DNA of 64,000 nt, from assembly GCA_951406725.2 (NCBI GenBank), contig OX597840.1, positions 1,364,001-1,428,000 on the forward strand, in the 5' to 3' direction. Positions 40,926-56,628 of the stretch are shown in pieces. Source of the stretch: Octopus vulgaris (lineage: Eukaryota). The position numbers were made by a program, and so were the translations under genes. The notes beneath the pieces are model-generated. The model was given only the letters and a program-made list of their open reading frames with translations, was not told the origin of the DNA and ran no database searches. Position 1 is the first letter of the stretch. Each line of letters starts with the position of its first letter.

Positions 40926-41165
40926 ATGTTTGCTTGTTATCAGTGGAATGTTCTGCACATTTTATATTCAATATATCGTTAGCAGGGAGAACGAACTACT
41001 ACCGTCATCCATCAGCTAACCGGATCGAGAAACTGACTCAGTTTCGAACTACTTGGCTCATCATCAGCCGCGAGCACCTTCGCACTGGAAAGATAGCTGA
41101 GATCCACTACCGCCAATGATATATGGTAAACAAAGTGACCATTTATATATATATATATATATATA

Positions 41166-41769
<604 letters not shown>

Positions 41770-41787
41770 GTATATATATATGTATAT

Positions 41788-41981
41788 AGGGAGAGTTTAC
41801 GAAAAAAACAAAAGACGAAGACATGTTGTACGAAACAAAGAGCTGTATTAGTATAACGCTCAGGAATATAAAAATTATTGTATGTTTCGGGCCTACGCTC
41901 TTCTACAGGAAGGGACACAGAAAAAACAAGAGAGAAACAAGGAGAGAAAAAATGTGTGTAGTGGCTAACGATCTATCATGG

Positions 41982-41985
<4 letters not shown>
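41788..41985 (-). mobile_element. Family P1 short Penelope-like repeat
   Basis: Matches 63451-63647 and the reverse of 19925-20102; embedded in (TA)n. Confidence 0.65.
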
Positions 41986-42022
<37 letters not shown>

Positions 42023-42695
42023 CATACATACATACATACATACATAAATATATATACACACATACACATTTATATATGCATATATATACATATATATATA
42101 TGTGTGTGTGTGTGTATGTATCTGTGTATCGAATATATTATCTACATGCATTGGATGATTGTATAAACGTTAACTCATATATGTACCAAAATATACACGC
42201 CAAGTCATATATACATGCATGTGTTTATCTATGCATGTATGTATGTATGTATGTATGTATGTATGTATGTACATGGAATTTAGCTTTCGGGCACATATCA
42301 ATGGAAATGTCTATAATGGTTAACATTAGCCATTAGTTACTGTTCAAAAAAATTTGCCTCATTAAGAGAGATATAATTATAATTAAAATGAATTGCAAAG
42401 GTGTATATATACATTCACTTAAACACAGACAAAAACACATAAAGGGTGACATTCATATACACAGATTCTCAAGCACTCTCGGACACCTACGCATTATGAA
42501 CTTAGGGATGTATATATTAATATGTATGCATGTATATACTACGACCACCACACTCGCCGATACAAACACACACACATATATGTAAAAATATTCAGATATT
42601 TATAGTGTTCATGTATATATGTTTATATCCGTATATATAGATGTGTGTATCTATATCTATTGCCACTGTTCTCTCTCTCTCTCGCTCTCTCTGTC

Positions 42696-42743
<48 letters not shown>

Positions 42744-42822
42744 CATTTATGAACATGCACACACAAACTCACGCACAGATACAGACACGCAGACACATAC
42801 ACACATATAAACATACGTATAC

Positions 42823-42939
<117 letters not shown>

Positions 42940-43416
42940 TGTATATATATTTTTGATTATGTCTGAATATATTCCTGAAGTGATTCCGTGTGTATACGTG
43001 TGGCTGTGCTTGTGTATGTCATTTATGTATGGCTGTGTGTGATGTATATGTGCTTAAGTGCAAGCGCGTGTGGCTGTGTATGTGTGTGTGCTCGCGAGTG
43101 TATGGATGCGCATATGCATAGCATATGTTTAGTGACGTGTATCCGGGGAGGACCCGAAGACAATTGTAAACCTCTGCACTATTTGCCTGGCTTTCCTGTA
43201 CAAACCTTTATTTGAAATACGGAATAAAACAATACTCATTCGAGAATCCATTGTCTTATGTCAATAAGAATAGATGTAATTGATATTACATTATCTTTAT
43301 GATATACATATATATATATATATGTATATATATACATATACATATATACAGACACATACATGCACGCTCATATCCATCTATGCCAACACGAACATATTTT
43401 TTAACTTTACATGGAA

Positions 43417-43463
<47 letters not shown>

Positions 43464-43622
43464 GCTCCATAATTATACATGTGTATGTGTATCAACATGG
43501 GCCTATATATACATTCATATATATATAAAAGATTTAAGGTGAGTATACTTCATGTACCATTGTATGTATTCATTTACACGCTTACGTACACACACACACA
43601 CACACACATATATATATGTACA

Positions 43623-43666
<44 letters not shown>

Positions 43667-43710
43667 CATATATATATACATATTCTATCTATATGTATAT
43701 AGATATATTC

Positions 43711-43755
<45 letters not shown>

Positions 43756-43795
43756 CACATATATACACATATATATGTATATATATAACTATATA

Positions 43796-43833
<38 letters not shown>

Positions 43834-43987
43834 AATATATATGTATGTGTGTGTATGTGAGTGTGATTGTGTACATATATACATATACGCGAAGAGGCAA
43901 CCATACATGCAATCGTGCAATTAAAAAACATATTGTTACAGACACACAGGCTCAAAATACACACATACGCACAACGCGCATGATACA

Positions 43988-44019
<32 letters not shown>

Positions 44020-44499
44020 TGTCAGTTCAGGCTTTGAATCAAAATAATTTTTGAAAAAACATATGAAAAACAACCGCTAAAACAATGTTTTAAAATGTTA
44101 ACAAAATGAAAAAAAACATTACGAAAACAAAAAAAAAAACACAGTAAAACCAACAAAACAACGAAAGCAAATCAAAGAAACGAATAAAAAAAACGAAACG
44201 AAACGTATATCAGCTTTTGCACAATCAAGGGAGGTAACTAAAGTCAAAACAAATAACATAAGCTATGAAACAAACAATCGCATTTACTAAATGACAAGGA
44301 CGACAGAACAGCCATTATTTTTCATTGTGATTTTAAAGAAACAATACAAAATCCTTTTAGCTAGACTTCCTCTTCATTGTTCCATACTTATTACCTCGTT
44401 ACCTGCCATATTATTTGTTATTCCCCTAAATACACTTACGTACATGCACACATACATATATACATAATATACATACATTCAGCAACACAAACATACATA

Positions 44500-44631
<132 letters not shown>

Positions 44632-44690
44632 GTATGTATACATACATATACATACATAACATACATATATATGCATACGCGTGTATATAA

Positions 44691-44724
<34 letters not shown>

Positions 44725-44762
44725 GCATACGTGTGTATACATATATGAATATATATATATGA

Positions 44763-44801
<39 letters not shown>

Positions 44802-44975
44802 TGCATATAAATATATGTATATATGTATACTCATATATAAATATATATACATACATATACATATATGTATACACACATTATATAAACATTCATATATCTA
44901 TGAGTATATATATATATAAATACATATCTGTGTTTGCGTATATTTATGCATTTATACCTTTACATGCACATATAC

Positions 44976-45019
<44 letters not shown>

Positions 45020-45392
45020 TATATATGTGTGTGCATATGTGTGTGTCTGCATATAGCTGATTTTTATTTATCAAAATCGTTTGTAAAATGCATTTGATAT
45101 TTCTGCCGTGTTCGTTTTTGTAGATATTAATTTATTGTTATCCTATTGTTTTAATTTTTGCTGCTGCTGTTGTGTAAATGCATGAATCTGTGTGTGTTTG
45201 TGTGTGTGAATGTGCAGATGTGCATGTGGTCGTGTGTGTGCGTCTGTTTGCGAGTGCGTGCTTATGTCCCTGTGTATGAGCGTGCGGCTCATTGTGTACC
45301 GGAGTTTATGCACTATTAATATGAATTATAACTTAAAGCAAAAAGGTCGTTTGTATAGAAAAGAATGGGAAACCGAAATGTGTGTGTACATA

Positions 45393-45435
<43 letters not shown>

Positions 45436-45491
45436 TACACACACACATACATCCATATGATATATCAAAGTATTGCTACGCCTATACATAC

Positions 45492-45524
<33 letters not shown>

Positions 45525-45880
45525 ATAAAATATAATATAATATATATATATATATGTATATATGTGTGTGTGTGTACATGTGTGTCCGCAGTAATGTATG
45601 CTCATTATTTGTAATGGATATTAAGTTTGAAGGGTTCATGAGTTGCCATATCAAGGGTTGCGAATTTTATTCTTGAATTCCAGTTTAGGCACCGCACCAA
45701 TCCTACATAAATCTCGTTTAATACAGTGAAATTAAGTGCAATACCACAAAAACCACAGCACCTACCCAAGGTACACAGATTCTCTTGGTAGTGCAGGGAA
45801 ACACTAGATAACAACAGCAACAACAATAATAATAATAATAGTAACAATAAGAAGAATAATAATAAGAATCATAATAATAA

Positions 45881-46095
45881 TACTTTGTACAATAGGCACA
45901 AGGCCTGGAATTTGGGGGGGAGGGGACGAATCGATGACACCGAATCCAGAGTTTCACCGATATTTAATTTATCGACTCAGAAAGGATGAAATGCAAAGTC
46001 GACCTCGGTGGAATATGAACTCAGAACTTCAAAGCGGACGTAATACCGCTGAACATTTCGCCCAGCGTACTAATGATTCTGCAAGCTCGCCAACC

Positions 46096-46096
<1 letters not shown>
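45881..46096 (-). mobile_element. Family M SINE, alternative-tail variant ending in (ATT)n
   Basis: TTTATCGAC..AAAGGATGAAA..AGTCGACCTCGG..GATTCTGCAAGCTCGCC; tail GGCACAAGGCCTG. Confidence 0.8.
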
Positions 46097-46186
<90 letters not shown>

Positions 46187-46699
46187 CATAATAATAATAA
46201 GGTGCAGTGACATTTACTAATTAACCAAGTAGTATTATCCATTTTGATTTTAATACAAATTTTTAGAAGATATAAATTGAATATTAAATTATAATTAATA
46301 TAAATTAATATAACTGTACTAACAATCCTAACATGAGTTAAATATAAGATAATATAATCATAAATAATATATACCATATTATGTTATATTATTTAATACT
46401 TAAAAATCAGTTTCATAGTAATGATGATATTTAGTATTGGTCTTTATCAGCTAATGGTATAATATTATACATTTTAATTTAGATACCAAAACTATAAATC
46501 TACCAATGAAATCAATTTTGGTGACGTAATACACCAGATAAATCACGTAATAATGATAAATGTATAAAGTAAGTCCAGATATGAATATTAAGTGCCCCAT
46601 CCCAACATACAACTAAATGTATAAGTATGTATGTGTTTGGTAACGAACGAGTATACTTGTGTGACTTATTTATTTTAGCACTTCGACCCCTACTAATCA

Positions 46700-47285
46700 A
46701 AGTCTATCGACGACTTCTCTCTATTGTTCTGCATATTGACATGCTTCCTGCTAATCAGAAGAGGCGTCGGAGTTTCAGATTCCTTTCGGGATAGCCTACA
46801 ACATATAAGGCCTTCTTACTAGGTCTTGAATCGTCAACGTCGCTCGTGTAACACTGCATTTGTATAGCTAGATGTGCTGGCCTACGTAAAACATGGCCCT
46901 TGTAAAAGAGGTGGTCCTTAATAATCTGGTCTTTATTTTTTGCCTTGTACGGCATGGGGGAACATCTAAGAGATTGTCCTCTGCTGACGAATGTTGCACA
47001 GATTATCACAAAATTGTGATTGTGCTCTGCTCACACAGGCCATCATTGGACATGGAGGTAATGAAATTAAGAATATGGGAGAAGAAAGGGCCTATTCAGA
47101 CGTAAAAAAACCCCCAGGAAAGTCACGAATTGTACGGCCATTGAAGATTATAAGTCGTTGATATTGATCCTGGATATCTTTCGCTTATGTTTAATGTATA
47201 TTTTGCCGATATCATTCCCAAACTGCTATGCTAGGCTGAGTGAATGCAGAGTATCTTTTTCTCCAATGGGTAACCAAGAATAGAC
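46700..47285 (-). mobile_element. Possible decayed RTE-clade LINE 3' remnant
   Basis: Minus ORF contains LFYKGHVLRR..VDDSRP, resembling the RTE C-terminal GHVxRR..GxRPxGRP motif; weak. Confidence 0.35.
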
Positions 47286-47609
47286 AGGCACGGAATGAAA
47301 TATCGAAACGCAAACACACGTACCTATGGACTGGCACGCACGTATACACAGAAACACATACGTCTGTCACCCAAAGCAGACCTATCTACATATACAAACA
47401 TACATGCATAGATACATATGTCTTATTTACATACGTACATATACATATGTATATATGTATATATATATATATATATATATTCGTGTGTGAATAGACAGTG
47501 TGACGCTAACATATATCCTTTTTGCATCACCAAACTGTAGATATAGATTAACGTATTTCTACAAATACACACACATATAGATGTATATAGATGCAAATAT
47601 ATGTATATA

Positions 47610-47708
<99 letters not shown>

Positions 47709-47725
47709 AATATATATATATATAT

Positions 47726-47763
<38 letters not shown>

Positions 47764-48131
47764 GCATGTGTTTATGTATGTATAGACATCTAATATTATA
47801 CACACGCAACACATTGTTTATCAACCGCTGAGTCGAATGATTAAATATTCATACGTAAACACAGGAGAACCGCAGAAATCACGTCTCTTGCTTACGAATA
47901 CAAATGTCTGGCTACGAAACCCAAAGCAACCAGAGACTCAGTGACGTATATACTAACGGATGTATGCATGTATATATGTATGTATAGATATATATTTGTG
48001 TGTATATGGTAGAGACAAGGAAGAGATAAAGTAATAGTGATGACACCGTAGTTTAAGATTTGGCCGGAGGGTTCGTAAAGTTGTCCCTATCCGGTGTCCT
48101 ACAATTTTTGTATGTGTACACGAACTGCTCT

Positions 48132-48165
<34 letters not shown>

Positions 48166-48192
48166 ATATATACGTATAAATGTGTATATATG

Positions 48193-48238
<46 letters not shown>

Positions 48239-48400
48239 TGTACATTTGAATATATATGTATGAATATATATCCATATGTGTATGTATATGCATATATGTA
48301 TATAGACCATAAGGCACACACACCTATGTATCTATTTACCTATCCATCTATCAATTTAATTTTCTATATATCTATCAATACACACATATACATATGTATA

Positions 48401-48557
<157 letters not shown>

Positions 48558-48958
48558 TTATAAGGTCAGATTTCAAAAACTACAGATATAGTTTCCCCTA
48601 CAGGTAAACAATAATGAATGAGTCTGTAAGCCAACGCTGTACTCTTTGGCAGTGAAACGATTGTTCTTCGCTAGTATTAAGAAATGGGAATGGTGGATGT
48701 TTAACTTAGGGGCAAAAGGGTTTGGGCTGTTTGGGTTGTAGTCCCACTTCACCGATATTTTGGCTGCAACGGTTTTGATTCTTGAAACAATAATTACGAT
48801 GAAATTGTCATTAATATATGTGACAGTAAATAGTTTATAATACCCATGTCCATGAATAGAATGCTCTTTAATTAGTCACATGATCCTTCAATCATTTAAT
48901 TATAGTAATTACATATTTCCCGTTTTGGTAATAATCTTTATTTCATTTAGAATTCATG

Positions 48959-49026
<68 letters not shown>

Positions 49027-49168
49027 AGTCCGTCTATCTGTCTGTCTGCCTCTGTCTGTCTGACTGTCTGTCCGTCCGTCCGTCTCTCTCTATCTATCTA
49101 TCCGCTTATGTATCCATTTATCTATCTATCTATTTATATATTCATCTATTTATCTGTCTGACTGATTC

Positions 49169-49213
<45 letters not shown>

Positions 49214-49349
49214 TTGACTCACTCTTTATTTCAAAATCTGATTGTCTATGTCTCTCTCTCTCTCTCCATTTATCAGTTTTTCTATCTAAGACTTTCTTAG
49301 TCTATGTATGTATGTATGTATGTATGTACTATCTATCTATCTTATTTCA

Positions 49350-49772
49350 TATTTCTTTATTGTCCACAAGGGGTAAACATAGAGGGGACAAACAAGGACA
49401 AACAAAAAGATGAAGTCGATTACATCGACTACAGTGCCTAACTAGTACTTAATTTATCGACCCCGAAAGGATGAAAGGCAAAGTCGACCTCGGCTGAATT
49501 TGAACTTAGAACGTAGCGGCGGAGAAACATCTTATTTCATATTTCTTTATTACCCACAAGGGGCTAAATATAGAGGGGACAAACAAGAGCAGACAAAAGG
49601 ACGAAGTCGATTACATCGACCTCAGTGCGTAACTGGTAATTAATTTATCGACCCCGAAAGGATGAAAGGCAAAGTGGACCTCGGCTGAATTTGAACTCAA
49701 AACGTAGCGCCGGACGAAATACCACAAAGCATTTCGCCCGGCGTGCTAAAATTTCTGCCAGCTCGCTGCCTT
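49350..49772 (-). mobile_element. Family M SINE dimer (full copy 49540-49772, 5'-truncated copy 49350-49528)
   Basis: Reverse complement of 4847-5080; ATCTTATTTCA at 49339-49349 and 49529-49539. Confidence 0.9.
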
Positions 49773-49780
49773 TGTGATGA

Positions 49781-49868
<88 letters not shown>

Positions 49869-49924
49869 CAACTATCTAGCTATCTATTTATATGTCTTTT
49901 TATCCAAGTCGTGTGTTGAAACAG

Positions 49925-50511
49925 ATATTGTTATATTTCGGAATGGTCATATTGCCAGTTTAGCCAATAAAAACACACGCACTATATATTTGGTGTTATT
50001 TTGCTTCAGTGATATTTATTTTTTACATTAATCTTAATCTTATTTCGGCCAAAGTTCTTTCGTCACACTCCTGTGACCGCATCAGTGGTCCTTTGTTTTC
50101 TTCTCACTTACTTGTGTCTCTCCTTACTAACCGTCAGCCATTTTGTATTTCTATTGTATGTCTTCATTTGCGCATGCTTATATCTCTATGTGCGTCTATG
50201 TTTATTTAGTGTGTGGGGGGGGATGTCTGTAATATTTGTATCTTCTGGTTATATACATTCTTGTAATTTGTATTTTGTTTTTGTTGTTGTTGCTTTTGTT
50301 CTAATTTTGTTCATGTGTTTACATCCACCCATTATTATCATTACATATGCTTGATGCGGTCACAGGAGTGTGACGAAAGAACTTTGGCCGAAATAAGATT
50401 AAGATTAATGTAAAAAATAAATATCACTGAAGCAAAATAACACCAAATATATAGTGCGTGTGTTTTTATTGGCTAAACTGGCAATATGACCATTCCGAAA
50501 TATAACAATAT
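49925..50511. repeat. Perfect 160-bp inverted repeat with 267-bp spacer (Penelope-like fold-back element)
   Basis: 49925-50084 is the exact reverse complement of 50352-50511 by eye; inserted in (TATC)n. Confidence 0.92.
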
Positions 50512-51083
50512 ATATATATACATCTATCTATCTAACTATCTATACATCTACTTAGCTATCTATTTATCTGTCTATTTATCTATCTATTTAACTATCTATC
50601 TGCCTCCTTCTCCCTTCGTCTCTCTCTCCTTCTCTCTTTCTATCTACCTATCTATCTACCGTGCTGGCTAGCTAGATTCTTCGTAACAAATATAAAAGGA
50701 GATTGAACTGTAACTACAGCATGGCCACAGGCCGAACAGAAGCTTAGTAGCAACATTAAACACTAGACTCCAGATATGCTTTAATATTCCATGAAAATAT
50801 CCGGCACACCTCGCTGAAGTGGAAGAAGAACAAATATAACATGGCTACCAAAATATTGATAAGTGTGAAAACATGTCTGCCAAAAGCTAATATATATTGC
50901 AGAAATGAAGTGCGATAATTGGACATTTGCGATGACTTAATGCTGCTCATGGAATACATTGGCGTGCGATTAGTCGTGATTATCCGCTTGAAATTAAGCT
51001 TCTACTTAGCTGCATACATTCAGACCTAAATCAAATTTACCACGCATTCACTCGGTCTCCAGAGTGGAAAGTACTTACATATG

Positions 51084-51188
<105 letters not shown>

Positions 51189-51254
51189 TAATATATATGT
51201 ATTTATGTATATATATATATATATAAATATATGTGTATATATATACACACACAA

Positions 51255-51292
<38 letters not shown>

Positions 51293-51375
51293 GTATATAT
51301 AAATATTTATGTATATATGTATATACATACATACATATATATATATATAAATAAATAAATATACATATGTATATA

Positions 51376-51416
<41 letters not shown>

Positions 51417-51487
51417 ATATGTATATATACATACATATATATATATATATATGTCTATATATATATATCTACACCACAGAAATACAA

Positions 51488-52328
51488 GTAGTAGTAGTAG
51501 TAGTAGTAGTAGTAGCAGTAGTAGTAGTAGTAGTAGTAGTAGCTGTAGTAATGGCAGTAGTAAGATTGAAGAAAGTGGAAGGAGGAAAATGAGAAGATGG
51601 GATGGTGGTGTTGTTGTTGGTGGTGTTGATGGTGGTGGTGGTAGTGGTGGTGGTTGTAGAGGTGTATTATGTTATTTGGACGGCGGTAAAATCTCTTGAA
51701 TAATTGTTGCTATGACCAAAAGTTGTTGTTTCCGTCCCACTGTTGCTACTGTTGCAAGTGTCCTTTATTACATATTATGACTGATGTTGTTATAGTATCA
51801 ATATATTTACTGTTGTTGTTGCTTGCTGTTGTTTTTTGTTCCACATTTGCGCGATTCACATTTGTATGACATCATTATTTCTGTTAGCCTCGGGCGACGT
51901 CGTTTGGTGAAATGGCAGGGTATATATGTATATATGTCGTGTGTATACGTTTGTGCTGTTTGATTGCAGATTTATAAATAACAGAAATAAAACTAATAAA
52001 TGTACGTCCCCGTAACTTTGCAGATCGGCAAAATAGTCCGATAGAATAAGTACTAAACTTACAAAGAATAAGCCTGGGTTCGATTTGCTCGACTAAATGC
52101 GGCGCTCCAGCATGGCCGCATTCAAATGACTGAAACAAGTAAAAGAGTAAAGAGTAAAGAGTATCATCATCATGATCATAATCATCATCATCATCATTCT
52201 TCTTCTTCTTCTTCTTCTATTTCATCTTCTTCTTCTTCTTCTTCTTCTTCTTCTTCTTCTTCTTCTTCTTCTCATTCTTCTTCTTATTATTATTTTTAGT
52301 AGTAGTGGAAGTAGTTGTAGTAGTAGTT

Positions 52329-52371
<43 letters not shown>

Positions 52372-52810
52372 CTGTAGTAATGGCAGTAGTAAGATTGAAG
52401 AAAGTGGAAGGAGGAAAATGAGAAGATGGGATGGTGGTGTTGTTGTTGGTGGTGTTGATGGTGGTGGTGGTAGTGGTGGTGGTTGTAGAGGTGTATTATG
52501 TTATTTGGACGGCGGTAAAAATCTCTTGAGTAAGTGTTGCTATGACCAAAGTTGTTGTTTCCGTTGTTGCTACTGTTGCTGTTTTATTACATATTATGAC
52601 TGATGTTGTTATAGTATCAATATATTTACTGTTGTTGTTGTTGCTGTTGTTTTTTGTTACATTTGTGATTCACATTTGTATGACATCATTATTTCTGTTT
52701 CGCGGCGACGTCGTTTTGAAATGGCAGGGGGTAACTATTTGTGAAGTCGTCTTCGACTTGGCTGTTTGATTGCAGATTTATAAATAACAGAAATAAAACT
52801 AATAAATGTA
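51488..52810. repeat. Direct duplication of ~460 bp (51541-52004 vs 52370-52810) with an S1 SINE 3' half (52005-52162) between
   Basis: Identical first ~150 bp, then patchy differences confined to SINE-like words in copy 1. Confidence 0.9.
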
Positions 52811-53372
52811 TAATTGAAAAATAAAAAAAAATGACAAAGAAAACGAGAGACTGACGTAAAAGACGAACAAAGTCCGATGAAGGAAAATATGAAAATAAAA
52901 ATTTCAAAATGGCGTCCGTGAATGATGGAGAGGAAAAATACGAATGACTAAAAGTGATGAAAGAGACGCAAGAAAACGCCATAGCATCTTCGTTGGCGTA
53001 GAAGTAGCAAGAAACATGTAAACACATATGTACACACTCACATGTATATATATATATTTATATTTATATAAATTGTAAACACACGTACACACACGAGAAT
53101 AAAGAAGGATACATATAAATATATATATATGTAAGTTGCGCATGTGTGTGTGTCTGTGTGTTTGTGTGTTTGTGTTCATAGATAGCGGTAAAAATGAAGA
53201 TGTATAAATATTATATATATATATATATCTGTAGGATATGTGTATATAATATGATTTGTGTATATACATGTAGGTGTCTGTGTGAAAGAGTTTATACATA
53301 TGGTACATGTCTGTGAGTATGTATGCATGTATGTAAGTATGTATGTATGTATGCATGGACATATGAAGGTTT

Positions 53373-53421
<49 letters not shown>

Positions 53422-53523
53422 GCTAAGTAGAAAGAGGCTTACATACATACTTATATATATATATATATATATATGCATGTATATATGTGCACGTATGTAT
53501 ACTGATGTATGTATGTGAGTATA

Positions 53524-53565
<42 letters not shown>

Positions 53566-53740
53566 AGATATCTATATATTTATATATCTACATATGTACA
53601 TAAGTGTGTACATGTGTATAAACCTAGATACACATACGTTTTTGTTACCATTTCCTTTTACGCTTGTATGCATACCCATTAATCACTATGTAAAATCCTG
53701 CATGTGTATAGCTATATTATTATTTACATATATAGATATA

Positions 53741-53822
<82 letters not shown>

Positions 53823-53833
53823 GCATATATGTT

Positions 53834-53867
<34 letters not shown>

Positions 53868-54048
53868 ATCTATATATATATATGTAGATATATATATACA
53901 AATAAATATAGTCATATACATACATGTACACAATTGTATATGACCACATGCAGGTACATACGAATATATGTACAATAATGTATAAAATCTTAACGTATGC
54001 GTACACTATATATATCCGCGAATACATGTGCATATACATGTATATATG

Positions 54049-54083
<35 letters not shown>

Positions 54084-54111
54084 GGATGTAATGGATGTAT
54101 ATGTATATATT

Positions 54112-54163
<52 letters not shown>

Positions 54164-54680
54164 TATATGCAGATAGAGCCACACAGACAGACAGGGAAAC
54201 AGAGGAAGATAAACATACATATAGATATACACATACCTACATCCATTTTGTAATTTATACTACTTGTCAAGAGGAAATTTAAAATAAAAAAAAATATATT
54301 TTGTTGATTTCTAGCCTTGATAGAAGCCCTCTGGAACGTTGTGTGTGAATCAACCTTAGATAGTGTGACATTTATACTATATTTTATTGGTCGGAATCTA
54401 TGGCATCTTGAAATATATCAAGTGAGACGAGATGTTGGTGAATTCTGATTGAAATGTTCGTAAAAAATAGATTATTACTTGCATAAATATTATTGTGGTT
54501 TTTTTTTGTGTCGGTTGTTGGAGAGGTGGCGAACTTGATGATGTGGTGCGGGGATTGACATTGTGGAGTTGGGTTTTTTTTAGCTGGAGGTTGGTTTTTG
54601 GGGTGGCGTTGTTCTTTTTTTTTGTCCTGGTAAGTAAATAAAATGACGAGAACTGCTATAATAATAACAATAATAATAAC

Positions 54681-54753
<73 letters not shown>

Positions 54754-54798
54754 GTAATAATAATAATAGTAATAATGATAATGATGATGATGATGATG

Positions 54799-54856
<58 letters not shown>

Positions 54857-54863
54857 TAATAAT

Positions 54864-55380
54864 CATACAGACCGAATCATCAAGGCCAATAAACCAGATA
54901 TTGTTGTGAAAGACCAAAACAATAAAGTTTGCTTATTGATCGACATGAGCATCCCCCGTGATCATAATATCTCAGCGAAAGAGTTTGACAAGCTCAGAAA
55001 ATATAAAGACCTACTCATTGAAATTGAGAAAATGTGGCATCTCAAGGCGGTTACAATACCAGTGATCGTAGGAGCACTAGGAATGATCAAGAAGGGAACC
55101 GAAAATTATATGAGAATGATCCCTGGCTTACCATCCCTGCAAGAAGTGCAAAAGATTGTCTTAACTGGTACATCACACGTATTGAGAAGAGCATTGTCGA
55201 TGTGAGAACTGTTGCTGCTCATGTATTTTAATTTAACTTTAAAATGAAAAAAAAAAAAATGAACGAACTACTGAGTTTGGTTTAATGGCCTTCCAATATA
55301 CACTATGAGTTTCTTTGCCCTAGGAGTCGGGAAGACACTCGGCAAGAAATGGAAGAAAATTTGAAAGAAGAAAAAAAAAA
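54864..55380 (+). mobile_element. R4/Dong 3' fragment (subfamily D): open endonuclease frame plus 3'UTR, in (AAT)n
   Basis: HTDRIIKANKPDIVVKD..CLLIDMSIP..DKLRKYKDL..GALG..GTSHVLRRALSM* (stop 55205); AAT arrays 54660-54863 and 55382-55684. Confidence 0.95.
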
Positions 55381-55551
55381 GTAATAATAATAATGATAAT
55401 AATAGTGATAATAATAGTGATAATAATAATAATAATAATAATAATCATAATAATAATAATAATAATAATGATAATAATAGTGATAATAATAGTGATACTA
55501 CTACTACTACTACTAATAATAATAATAGTAATAATAATGATAATAATAGTG

Positions 55552-55657
<106 letters not shown>

Positions 55658-55684
55658 TAATAATAATAATAATGATAATAATAA

Positions 55685-55891
55685 TCCCCTCTAATGTAGA
55701 CACAAGATCTGAAATGTTGTATGAGAGAAGTAGTCGATTCCATCGACATTAGTGCTTCACTGATACTTAATTTATCGACTCTGTGTGGATGAAAAGCGAT
55801 GTCAATCTCAGAGCAATTTGAACTCAGAATGAAGTGCCAGACGAAATACAGCTAAGCCTTTCGCCTGCCGTGTTAAAGATTCTCCCAGCTC
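55685..55891 (-). mobile_element. Family M SINE, alternative-tail variant, degenerate
   Basis: ACTTAATTTATCGAC..GGATGAAAAG..ATTTGAACTCAGAA..GACGAAATAC..CAGCTC. Confidence 0.7.
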
Positions 55892-56395
55892 CAAGTAAAA
55901 TCTAAGCTAAGTACACTAGATTCCTTGGAAGAAAGCAGCGAATGTATGCGAAAACAAGGACGGAAAAAAACGGAGAAATGGTACACAAATACAAATGCAA
56001 ATAAATGACATAATAACAGGTATCTTTCGACTAAGGACAAATTAAATTATGATGGCGTGTGTGGAAGGGACAAAGAGATGTAAGGCATAGGGAGGAAAAT
56101 AGATGCTGCACGGATGGTAGTCGAACCAAGAAAGAAAGGTCAGGTTTATCCGAATACTAGTCACGTGGAGAGAGAGTAGAGAGTGGTAGAGGGAAAGGGA
56201 CAGAAGAGTTAGGGAGGGACGGAAATACAGAAAACGGACAAGGTGAGGTGAAAGAAGAACGAAGGTGAGGATGAAGAGAAAGCCAGGAAATATGAGAGAG
56301 AGGGAACGAAAGAAAGAAGAGTGGAAAGAACGAAGTAAGTGTGAAGGAGCTGACAGAAAAAAGGAAAGAACCAGAGAATAATAGACGCGTACAAA

Positions 56396-56457
<62 letters not shown>

Positions 56458-56557
56458 CATATATTTATATATATATATGTACATATGTACTCACATATAT
56501 ATGTATCTATGTATATATATATATGTGTGTGTATATATATATATGTATGTATATATA

Positions 56558-56628
<71 letters not shown>

